Positions 19,410-26,821 of a stretch of 26,821 bases of DNA are shown one piece after another; positions within the stretch are counted from its first letter, which is position 1, and each line of letters begins with the position of its first letter. The stretch lies in contig JABSPM010000014.1 of assembly GCA_013215095.1 (NCBI GenBank), positions 1 through 26,821 on the forward strand, written 5' to 3'. This DNA comes from Flavobacteriaceae bacterium. GTDB taxonomy: Bacteria > Bacteroidota > Bacteroidia > Flavobacteriales > Flavobacteriaceae. The notes below the pieces were generated by a model. That model had not been told where the DNA came from. It made no database searches and worked only from the letters and a program-made list of their open reading frames with translations. The position numbers were made by a program, and so were the translations under genes.

Positions 19410-21476
19410 ATGGAAAACATCACACAATTTGTTGGAATAGGTATTGGACTTATTCTGTTTTTAATCGTTATTTACTTTGCAATCATTGCGCTATTCTACA
19501 AAAAAGTACCACAAGGAGAGGCTTTAGTAAGAACAGGATTTAAAGGCACCAAAGTTGCTACAGATAAAGGATTATACGTTGTACCTGTATTTCACAAAGT
19601 TGAAATCATGGACATTTCAGTAAAAAAAATACAAATTGAACGTATTGGAGAAAATGGACTGTTGTGTAAAGACAATATGCGTGCAGACATCAAAGTAGCT
19701 TTCTTTGTGCGCGTAAACAATGAAGTAGAATTCATCAAAAAAGTAGCACAAACAGTAGGTTGTGAAAGAGCCTCAGATATTTCAACTTTAGAAGAGCTTT
19801 TTGAAGCAAAATTCTCCGAAGCCTTAAAAACCGTTGGAAAAAAATTCCAGTTTGTAGAATTATATGAGGCGCGTCGCGAATTTCGTGATGAAATTGTAGA
19901 TATTATAGGAACCGACCTTAATGGCTATACCTTAGAAGACTGTGCAATTGATTATTTAGAGCAAACCTCAGTACAGTTCCTTAAACCAGACAACATTTTA
20001 GATGCCGAAGGAATTAAAAAGATTACAGAGCTTACTGCTGAGCAAAACATGAAAGCTAACCTTATAAAACGTGATGAAGAAAAAGTAATACGCAAACAAG
20101 ACGTTGAAGCTTTTGAAGCCATCTTGGAATTGGATAAACAATTAGCTGAAAAACAAGAGCAACAAAAACGTGAAATAGCAAATATTAAGGCACGCGAGGA
20201 AGCCGAAATCCTAAAAGTGTCTCAAGAAGAACGTTTAAAATCTGAATCTGCGCGTATTTCTACGGAAGAAAAAGTAAAAGTTGCAGAAGAAAACATGGAA
20301 CGCCAAATCATTGTAGCAGCAAAAAACAAACAGCGTACAGATGCTGTTGAGACAGAGCGCGTAGAAAAAGACCGCATGCTAGAAGCTACAGAAAGAGAAC
20401 GTATTGTAACCTTAGCACAAATTGAAAAGGAAAAAGTTGTTGAGGTAGAAAAGAAGAACATTCAAGATGTGATTCGCGACCGTGTAATGCTAGAAAAAGG
20501 CGTAGTTGAAGAGCAAGAAAACATGAAAGATATCGAGGCATTTAAAACTGCAGAACGCGAAAAGCAAGTAAAAATTACAATTGCAGAAGCCAATGCCCAA
20601 GAAGCACTGATTACAACTATTAAAGCAGCAGAAGCTGAAAAAGAAGCTGCCAAACAAAAAGCCGAGGAAATCAATATTGAAGCTGAAGCCAAAAAACAAG
20701 CAAGTGAAAAAGAAGCTGAAGCTAGAAAAACATTAGCAGAAGCGAAAGCTAAAGAAGAAGCAACCATAGGAATGTCTGAAGCCCAAGTGATGCACGCAAA
20801 GGCAGATGCCAATGAACGCCAAGGATTGGTAGAAGCTACAATTATTGAAGAAAAAGCTAAAGCAGAAGCTGCTGGTATCTTAGCCAAGGCACAAGCAATT
20901 AAAGAAGAGGGTGTTGCGCAAGCTGAAGTTATCAAAGAGCAAGCCTTAGCAGAAGCATCGGGTATTGAAGAAAAAGCAAATGCTATGAAAAAATTAGATG
21001 GTGTTGGAAAAGAACATGAAGAATTTAAGCTTCGCTTAAACAAAGAACTAGAAGTAGACTTGGCAGAAATCAATATCCAAAAAGATATTGCCGATGCACA
21101 AGCACAAGTGATTGGTGAAGCCTTAAAAGCTGCAAATATTGATATTGTTGGTGGAGAAACCATGTTCTTCAACCAAATCATTGGTCAAATTACTAAATCT
21201 AAAGGTATAGACCGATTAATTAATCATTCTGACACTATTACTGATGTCAAAGACGCTATCTTAGGTAGTGACGACGTGAAAGGAAACTTACTCGACAAAA
21301 TCAAAGATTTTGCTCAAAAATATGGCATATCTTCTGAGGACATCAAAAATATAACTGTTGCCAACTTATTGGTTCACTTAAAATCTAAAACATCAGACTC
21401 TAGTGAGCTCAACTTATTTGAAAACCTTTCTAACTTAGCCAAAGGACTAGGTTTATCGAATAAAACAATAGGATAA
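19410..21476 (+). CDS. Flotillin-like SPFH/band-7 protein (YqiK/FloT family) with an extended E/A/K-rich coiled coil
   Basis: 688 aa from ATG 19410; the ORF track's 19263 start overlaps the upstream gene. N-terminal TM helix, an SPFH domain (VRTGFKGTKV...VPVFHKVEIMDISVKKIQIERIG...RADIKVAFFVRV), then ~350 aa of EA/KA-rich heptads. Confidence 0.85.
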   Translation: MENITQFVGIGIGLILFLIVIYFAIIALFYKKVPQGEALVRTGFKGTKVATDKGLYVVPVFHKVEIMDISVKKIQIERIGENGLLCKDNMRADIKVAFFVRVNNEVEFIKKVAQTVGCERASDISTLEELFEAKFSEALKTVGKKFQFVELYEARREFRDEIVDIIGTDLNGYTLEDCAIDYLEQTSVQFLKPDNILDAEGIKKITELTAEQNMKANLIKRDEEKVIRKQDVEAFEAILELDKQLAEKQEQQKREIANIKAREEAEILKVSQEERLKSESARISTEEKVKVAEENMERQIIVAAKNKQRTDAVETERVEKDRMLEATERERIVTLAQIEKEKVVEVEKKNIQDVIRDRVMLEKGVVEEQENMKDIEAFKTAEREKQVKITIAEANAQEALITTIKAAEAEKEAAKQKAEEINIEAEAKKQASEKEAEARKTLAEAKAKEEATIGMSEAQVMHAKADANERQGLVEATIIEEKAKAEAAGILAKAQAIKEEGVAQAEVIKEQALAEASGIEEKANAMKKLDGVGKEHEEFKLRLNKELEVDLAEINIQKDIADAQAQVIGEALKAANIDIVGGETMFFNQIIGQITKSKGIDRLINHSDTITDVKDAILGSDDVKGNLLDKIKDFAQKYGISSEDIKNITVANLLVHLKSKTSDSSELNLFENLSNLAKGLGLSNKTIG

Positions 21477-21480
21477 CATT

Positions 21481-21513
21481 GCTGCGCTTATATCTCCTGT
21501 AAGCGCGGCTTTT
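21481..21513 (+). terminator. Terminator-like hairpin after the flotillin gene
   Basis: gctgcgctta-tatctcctg-taagcgcggc tttt. 9/10 bp stem, short T-run. Confidence 0.4.
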
Positions 21514-21528
21514 ACAACTTAAGTTGTA
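21513..21528. promoter_or_regulatory. 16-bp perfect palindrome TACAACTTAAGTTGTA upstream of the giant ATPase gene, a candidate operator
   Basis: Read directly from the sequence. About 0.4 such 16-bp perfect palindromes are expected by chance in 27 kb. Confidence 0.3.
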
Positions 21529-21662
21529 GCGCAAAAAAAGTCTTATCATATAAACTTGGTATATGAATTTTAAAGTAGATATAATAAGCTTAACTGCATG
21601 ACATCTTAATAGCAAATATAACCACTAGTTTTTGTTTTATACGTTTTAATCACACCTTAAGA

Positions 21663-24600
21663 ATGGAACAATCCAACACCTCAAATACGACACTACTGGA
21701 TGGTGGCACTTATGAAATTATTCTGAGCCGCTTAAACACACATAAAAGTGAACTTCTTTCCCGCTTAAACCAACTAAATGAAGCTCGAAAAACTGTTTTT
21801 GGTAATATAGAAATAAAACTCATTTCTAATAACCGCATCAATACAGAAAACAACTGTATTGCGAGAGATATTGTGAGTATTGGAGACCTTTGCTTGTTTG
21901 GTTATAATGTCCATTTTGGACTGCGAACAGAAATTACACTTGAAGATGTTTTTAGTATTTACACCTTTAATGACAATCATTTTACCACTGAACCGCTTGA
22001 GCTTTTAAATGACCCCGTTTTTATAAATGATTTTACCAATCTCTATAAATACTATAGAAATACGGTCTTTACAAAGTTTGCAGTTGTTGGAAATTACCTT
22101 CATATGGTATTTCAGCTGAGTGAAAGTGTTACCGATCTTAAAACCTTTAAATGGCTTATCAATGATGGCCAACTCAATTATATTGATAATCGCAGCGAAC
22201 ATGAATTCACATTTCCTAAGCAGCATGGTTTTCACTGGGAAACTCCAAGCAGAGATCATCATGTTTATGGAGAACACCCCCATATTTCAATATTAGATAA
22301 GGTTTTTGTAGAAACCATTGGCGGCGACTTAACAATTAAAATTGAAGATAACACCAATGATGGCAAAGGCATTTATAATGAGCCTGTAGAACATGCAGAT
22401 CAAACCTTAGATGACGGACAGTACCGCTATGCAGATTTGGGTAACCTTATCGTTTTAGACATCAAACCTTTCCAAGAAGCGTCTCGTTTTTTTGTTTATA
22501 ATCATAAAATTCAAGATGTAAAAAAAATTGACAGTATAGCAGATGCCTGTCAATTACTACCTGATGAACAAGGCATCGTGTTTGCTAATGGGTACTATTT
22601 ACAATCCGGAGATTTTAAGTACTTTGACAATAACATTTCTAATGTCAAATATAAAAAGAAAGTAAGTTCTCCCAACGGAGAAGACTTCTTATATGTCTAT
22701 TACGAAAGCATTAAGGGGCTCTATATCTTAATGGCTTATAACGTTATTGAGCAACAGGTAAAAACACCTATTATTTGTAACGGCTACACTATTCTTAGAG
22801 ATGGAAAACTCTGTTATTTTAAAACAGAAGACGAGCAAACCAAGCATCATGTTATTCAGATTTGGCAAACCCCTTTTACAAAAGGTGAAGCAATACCATC
22901 TAAACATAGCGACACTTTATTATACAAAATTGGAAATAAAGATATCGTAAAAGCGATGGCAGAATGTCAAGCGCTCATCACCTTACTCAACAAAGAAGAT
23001 AGCTACAATGGGTTGTACGATGATATTTCTAAAACATCTAACGATCTACTAAACAGCTATTATTGGATTACAGAACCTGATACTTTTTCACTCAACGTAC
23101 CACTTACAGAAATTCATTCTGCCGCCAATTCGGCAATTGATGAATTTGAAAAAGTCGTACAACTTCGAAAAAATGCCGACCATAATACTAGAGAGATGCA
23201 AGCGAAAGCTAATCATCTTTTTGGTAAAATAAAAAGCAGTTCATTTAAGTCTATTGAAGACTTTGTCAATTGTTTATCAAAATTGCGCACCTTAAGAGGA
23301 GAAGTTATCGCACTCAATGACATGCGCTATATAGACACTGAAGCTATTACCGCCTATGAAGACCAAATTGCAAATCATCATGATACAATCTCAAAACGTT
23401 GTGTACAGTTCCTATTGGATGATAAAGCACTTATACCTTATCATAAGAGGGTTGCTGCAAAAGAAAACGCATTAAAAGACATTAAAAAAGTTGTTGAAAC
23501 CAAGCGCTTAGAAAATGAGGTAAATCAAATTGCCAATGATCTAGAAATGCTCATTACTATTGTGTCAAATTTAGAAATTGAAGACGCGTCTCATGCTACA
23601 AAAATCATTGACAATATTGCTTTGATATTTGCAACGATTAATCAATTAAAAGCTGGAATAAAAAACCAGCTAAAATCTTTAGGTGCCAGAGAAGCTTCAG
23701 CTGAATTTACCGCACAACTCAAATTGGTAGATCAAAGTATCATCAACTATTTAGATATTGCTAATACTCCAGAAAAAACAGACGAATTTCTCAACAAAGT
23801 GGCTATTCAGCTTGAAGATTTGGAAGGCCGATTTGCAGATTTTGAAGACTTCATCACTATCATTATTGAAAAACGTGAAGAAATTTACAATGCTTTTGAA
23901 GCTAGAAAAAATGGACTCATTGAAGCTAGAAGCAAAAAAGCAATCAGCTTAGAATCCGCTGCCAATCGCATTCTTAAAGGAGTCGCTAAAAAAGCTATGC
24001 AATTCAAAACCACAGTAGAAATCAATGGGTATTTTGCCTCTGATTTGATGATAAATAAGCTACGAGATATTATTATTAACCTAAATGATTTAGAGGATGG
24101 CGGAAAGGCAGAAGCCATAGAAACCAAACTTAAAGTAGCTAAAGAAGATGCCATACGAAAACTTAAAGACACCCAAGATCTTTATGAAAATGGAGAAAGC
24201 GTTATTCGTCTTGGAAAACATAAATTTGGTGTTAATAAGCAAGTGTTAGATTTAACCATTGTTTACAAAAACAATACCCTAAAATACCATTTAACAGGAA
24301 CCGATTTTTATCAAAGCATCGAAGATAGTAGGCTGCTATCCTCTCAAAAATATTGGGATCAAGAATTGGTGTCAGAAAACCAGACCATTTACAGGTCGGC
24401 TTACCTTGCGTATAAAATCTTTTGTAAGTCTTCTAAGGATTTAAACACTCTAAACACCGCAGATTTATTAGAACTAATAAAACAAGAAAGTAGTAAAAAC
24501 TATTCTGAGGGCTATATTAAAGGGGTTCATGATGAAGACGCTGCACAGATTTTAAAGGTACTCGTAAATAAACATCGTGATTTAGATCGCCTTAAATATA

Positions 24601-26561
24601 TGCCATTGGTTCGTGCTTTTGGACAATTCTTTTGGCGTGGTTTGAATACTGAACAGAGACAAAAATGGAACCAGAGGTTAAAATCTGCAGGAGAAGTACT
24701 TGCTACATTTCCAGAAAGTGTTGCATATAAAACAACCCTTACTGCTTTAAGCGAAGCGCTAAAGAATTCTACATTTTTTAGTATCCTATCCTCAAATTTT
24801 CATCAAAATGGGCAAACGCTTAACGATAGAACCGCTTTATATTTATTTGATGAACTACAAAATGACAACCATTTTTGCACTAGTAAAACTGCCCAAGAAT
24901 TGTATGAGCAGTTTATTAAAACTTTAGAACAAAAAGAAGCCCTACTGACTTTTAACAAGGCTCTAAAAGTGACACTCAATGCGCAATCTATTACAACATC
25001 TGCATTAGAACTCATCACACAATGGGCGAGTTCATTTATTATATTACACGCCAATAATCGTAGAGATTACATTTATGAACTAGTAGCTTTAATTTTATTT
25101 AAAAATGAGATTAACTCTGATGTCATTCAAATTAGTCCAGATGCTACAATTGCGAACTTAAAAGGCACGCATAATAGTATTATAGATGGTAATTTTGAGT
25201 TTAATTATCATAAGTTCACACGACAACTTCAGGTATTTCAAGCGCAAGAAGTTCCTGCATTTAATGCATTTCGGGCAGCAAAACACCAACTCACAGAAGG
25301 CCTTAAAACACAATTAAAGCTAGAGGAGTTTACACCAAAAGTTTTGTCTTCATTTGTAAGAAACAAGCTTATTGACAAGGTGTATTTGCCATTGTTTGGA
25401 GACAATTTAGCAAAACAACTTGGAACTGTTGGAGCGCATAAACGTACCGACCGTATGGGTATGCTTTTATTAGTGTCTCCACCAGGTTATGGAAAAACGA
25501 CCTTAATGGAATATCTGGCTAACCGTCTGGGCTTGATATTCATGAAAATAAATGGTCCTGCAATTGGTCACGAGGTCACTTCTGTAGACCCATCTACAGC
25601 AACGAATGCTGCTGCTAGAGAAGAGCTCAAAAAGTTAAATTTAGCATTTGAAATGGGAAACAATGTGATGCTATATTTGGACGATATTCAACATTGTAAC
25701 TCAGAATTTTTACAAAAATTCATCTCGCTTGCCGATGGTACTCGAAAAATTGAGGGTGTGTATAATGGCAAACCCAAAACGTATGATTTTAGAAGTAAAA
25801 AATTCTGTGTAATAATGGCGGGTAACCCCTATACCGAACATGGCGATAAATTTCAAATACCTGACATGTTAGCCAATCGCGCAGATATTTATAACCTGGG
25901 AGATATCATTGGAGATACATCAGATTTATTCAAATTAAGCCTCATTGAAAATGCATTAACCTCTAATCCTATTTTACAACAATTAAGCAGTAAACATTTT
26001 GAGGATATCTATGCGCTAATTGACGCTGTAGAAACGGGCAACAGAGATGCACTTATGCTTAAAGGCAATCATACCAAGCAAGAAGTTGAAGACTACATGG
26101 CGGTTCTAGATAAAGTAATTCGCATACGCAATACGGTTTTAAAAGTCAACGAAACCTATATAAAATCCGCAGCAATGGATGACAATTATCGTACCGAACC
26201 CTCCTTTAAATTACAAGGTTCATATCGCGATATGAATAAACTTGTTGCTAAGGTTGTTCCAATTATGAATCCTAAAGAATTGCAGGCGCTTTTATTATCT
26301 CATTATGAAAATGAATCACAAACCTTAACTACTGCTGCAGAAGCCAATTTATTAAAATATAAAGCGCTTACACAAACTATTGACGCCACAGAACTAGAAC
26401 GTTGGCAAGCAATAAAAACAACTTTTATAAAAAACAATAAGCTTAAAGGATTTGGTAATCAAAATGGCATGACACAAGTTTTAGCGCAAATGATGACATT
26501 TAGTGCGCATTTAGAAGGGATTCAAGATGTGCTGAAAAAAGGATTGGATAAAAATTCTTAA
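21663..26561 (+). CDS. Giant (1632 aa) cytoplasmic protein with a C-terminal MoxR/AAA_5-like AAA+ ATPase domain. Function unknown.
   Basis: Uninterrupted ORF with no signal peptide or TM helices. Walker A LLLVSPPGYGKTTLMEYLA, Walker B NVMLYLDDIQH, sensor-1 VIMAGNPYTE, and an Arg region IPDMLANRADIY. These resemble the MoxR ATQNP...LP.A.LDRF pattern. They lie at about aa 1270-1460. The N-terminal ~1250 aa have no motifs I recognise and include coiled-coil stretches. Confidence 0.8.
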   Translation: MEQSNTSNTTLLDGGTYEIILSRLNTHKSELLSRLNQLNEARKTVFGNIEIKLISNNRINTENNCIARDIVSIGDLCLFGYNVHFGLRTEITLEDVFSIYTFNDNHFTTEPLELLNDPVFINDFTNLYKYYRNTVFTKFAVVGNYLHMVFQLSESVTDLKTFKWLINDGQLNYIDNRSEHEFTFPKQHGFHWETPSRDHHVYGEHPHISILDKVFVETIGGDLTIKIEDNTNDGKGIYNEPVEHADQTLDDGQYRYADLGNLIVLDIKPFQEASRFFVYNHKIQDVKKIDSIADACQLLPDEQGIVFANGYYLQSGDFKYFDNNISNVKYKKKVSSPNGEDFLYVYYESIKGLYILMAYNVIEQQVKTPIICNGYTILRDGKLCYFKTEDEQTKHHVIQIWQTPFTKGEAIPSKHSDTLLYKIGNKDIVKAMAECQALITLLNKEDSYNGLYDDISKTSNDLLNSYYWITEPDTFSLNVPLTEIHSAANSAIDEFEKVVQLRKNADHNTREMQAKANHLFGKIKSSSFKSIEDFVNCLSKLRTLRGEVIALNDMRYIDTEAITAYEDQIANHHDTISKRCVQFLLDDKALIPYHKRVAAKENALKDIKKVVETKRLENEVNQIANDLEMLITIVSNLEIEDASHATKIIDNIALIFATINQLKAGIKNQLKSLGAREASAEFTAQLKLVDQSIINYLDIANTPEKTDEFLNKVAIQLEDLEGRFADFEDFITIIIEKREEIYNAFEARKNGLIEARSKKAISLESAANRILKGVAKKAMQFKTTVEINGYFASDLMINKLRDIIINLNDLEDGGKAEAIETKLKVAKEDAIRKLKDTQDLYENGESVIRLGKHKFGVNKQVLDLTIVYKNNTLKYHLTGTDFYQSIEDSRLLSSQKYWDQELVSENQTIYRSAYLAYKIFCKSSKDLNTLNTADLLELIKQESSKNYSEGYIKGVHDEDAAQILKVLVNKHRDLDRLKYMPLVRAFGQFFWRGLNTEQRQKWNQRLKSAGEVLATFPESVAYKTTLTALSEALKNSTFFSILSSNFHQNGQTLNDRTALYLFDELQNDNHFCTSKTAQELYEQFIKTLEQKEALLTFNKALKVTLNAQSITTSALELITQWASSFIILHANNRRDYIYELVALILFKNEINSDVIQISPDATIANLKGTHNSIIDGNFEFNYHKFTRQLQVFQAQEVPAFNAFRAAKHQLTEGLKTQLKLEEFTPKVLSSFVRNKLIDKVYLPLFGDNLAKQLGTVGAHKRTDRMGMLLLVSPPGYGKTTLMEYLANRLGLIFMKINGPAIGHEVTSVDPSTATNAAAREELKKLNLAFEMGNNVMLYLDDIQHCNSEFLQKFISLADGTRKIEGVYNGKPKTYDFRSKKFCVIMAGNPYTEHGDKFQIPDMLANRADIYNLGDIIGDTSDLFKLSLIENALTSNPILQQLSSKHFEDIYALIDAVETGNRDALMLKGNHTKQEVEDYMAVLDKVIRIRNTVLKVNETYIKSAAMDDNYRTEPSFKLQGSYRDMNKLVAKVVPIMNPKELQALLLSHYENESQTLTTAAEANLLKYKALTQTIDATELERWQAIKTTFIKNNKLKGFGNQNGMTQVLAQMMTFSAHLEGIQDVLKKGLDKNS

Positions 26562-26589
26562 TATACGCCTCGTTTTAATAGTATTTTTT

Positions 26590-26617
26590 ATTTGAAATAA
26601 CTTAAATAAATGCAATG
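26590..26617 (+). repeat. Partial copy E of the intergenic repeat family (5' core only)
   Basis: ATTTGAAATAACTTAAATAAATGCAATG. Immediately followed by a terminator hairpin. Confidence 0.35.
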
Positions 26618-26633
26618 TGATTTCCCCAACAGA

Positions 26634-26660
26634 CAAGGTTGGGGGTTTTTACCTAAAACT
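26634..26660 (+). terminator. Rho-independent terminator after the giant gene
   Basis: ccccaac-agacaag-gttgggg followed by gttttt. Confidence 0.7.
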
Positions 26661-26731
26661 TTCATAATTCATCATAAGCGTTTAATACCATTTCTTGTTT
26701 GATATTACTGTAATATTTTGTATATTGTAGA

Positions 26732-26821
26732 ATGCCAAAAAAGATACAAATTTCAGTTTTAGAGAGCGAGAAAGAATTACGCTTATTATTAACAAAAACA
26801 ACAACTGACCGAGTTCGTGGA
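26732..26821 (+). mobile_element. 5' start of a second IS630-family transposase (HTH N-terminus). Continues beyond the window.
   Basis: MPKKIQISVLESEKELRLLLTKTTTDRVRG resembles the IS630 N-terminal HTH pattern (LS.E.R.EL..L..S.....RV.RA.ILL). The 26655-26690 sequence tttcataattcatcataagcgtttaatacc is an imperfect inverted match to 150-182 at the other IS end. Confidence 0.4.

Noticed and set aside
20222-21181. Three antisense ORFs (79, 239 and 69 aa) inside the flotillin gene
   Set aside because: They are artefacts of the GAA/GCA-rich coiled-coil coding sequence, which yields Ser/Phe/Ala-rich open frames on the opposite strand.
21774-25054. Small ORFs on either strand within the giant gene (21774, 22005, 23758, 23885, 24803)
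   Set aside because: They are nested in a single uninterrupted 4.9-kb frame with AAA+ motifs. Their short overlaps are typical of AT-rich DNA.
1-26821. CRISPR arrays, tRNAs, rRNAs
   Set aside because: No regularly spaced direct repeats were seen. No rRNA-like segments or tRNA cloverleaf T-arm motifs (GGTTCGAnTCC with matching acceptor stems) were found other than the tmRNA.

Overview
This AT-rich window (about one third GC by eye) looks like a Flavobacteriia-type Bacteroidota chromosome. The evidence is two T9SS C-terminal sorting domains, a choice-of-anchor-L adhesin domain, and a tmRNA with a GENNYALAA tag. Housekeeping genes are uvrB, sucC, lysA, a cspA-family cold-shock gene, ssrA and a saccharopine/alanine-dehydrogenase-like oxidoreductase. 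The window starts inside the 3' end of an IS630-family transposase, which appears to have cut the 5' end off a T9SS type-B adhesin gene. It ends at the 5' start of another IS630-like transposase in the same orientation. There is an IS66 tnpB remnant. A small intergenic repeat family occurs five times: three full copies with short inverted termini plus two partial copies, giving a MITE-like pattern. A Fur-family regulator has two 14-bp palindromic boxes in a divergent promoter. That promoter faces a small His/Cys-rich secreted peptide and an ABC transporter operon with an ATPase and two large paralogous permeases. The most interesting locus is 18620-26561. It encodes a YqiJ/NfeD-like membrane protein with an acidic DxD tandem repeat, then a long flotillin/YqiK-like SPFH protein, then a 1632-aa cytoplasmic protein. 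That giant protein has a MoxR/AAA_5-like ATPase domain (SPPGYGKTT, LYLDDIQH, AGNP, PDMLANRA) near its C-terminus after about 1250 residues with no recognisable domains. I do not know this three-gene arrangement as a described system. A divergently transcribed EcKL/APH-like kinase sits next to it. Domain and family assignments for the permeases, the giant ATPase and the transposase fragments come from motif recall only and need database confirmation.
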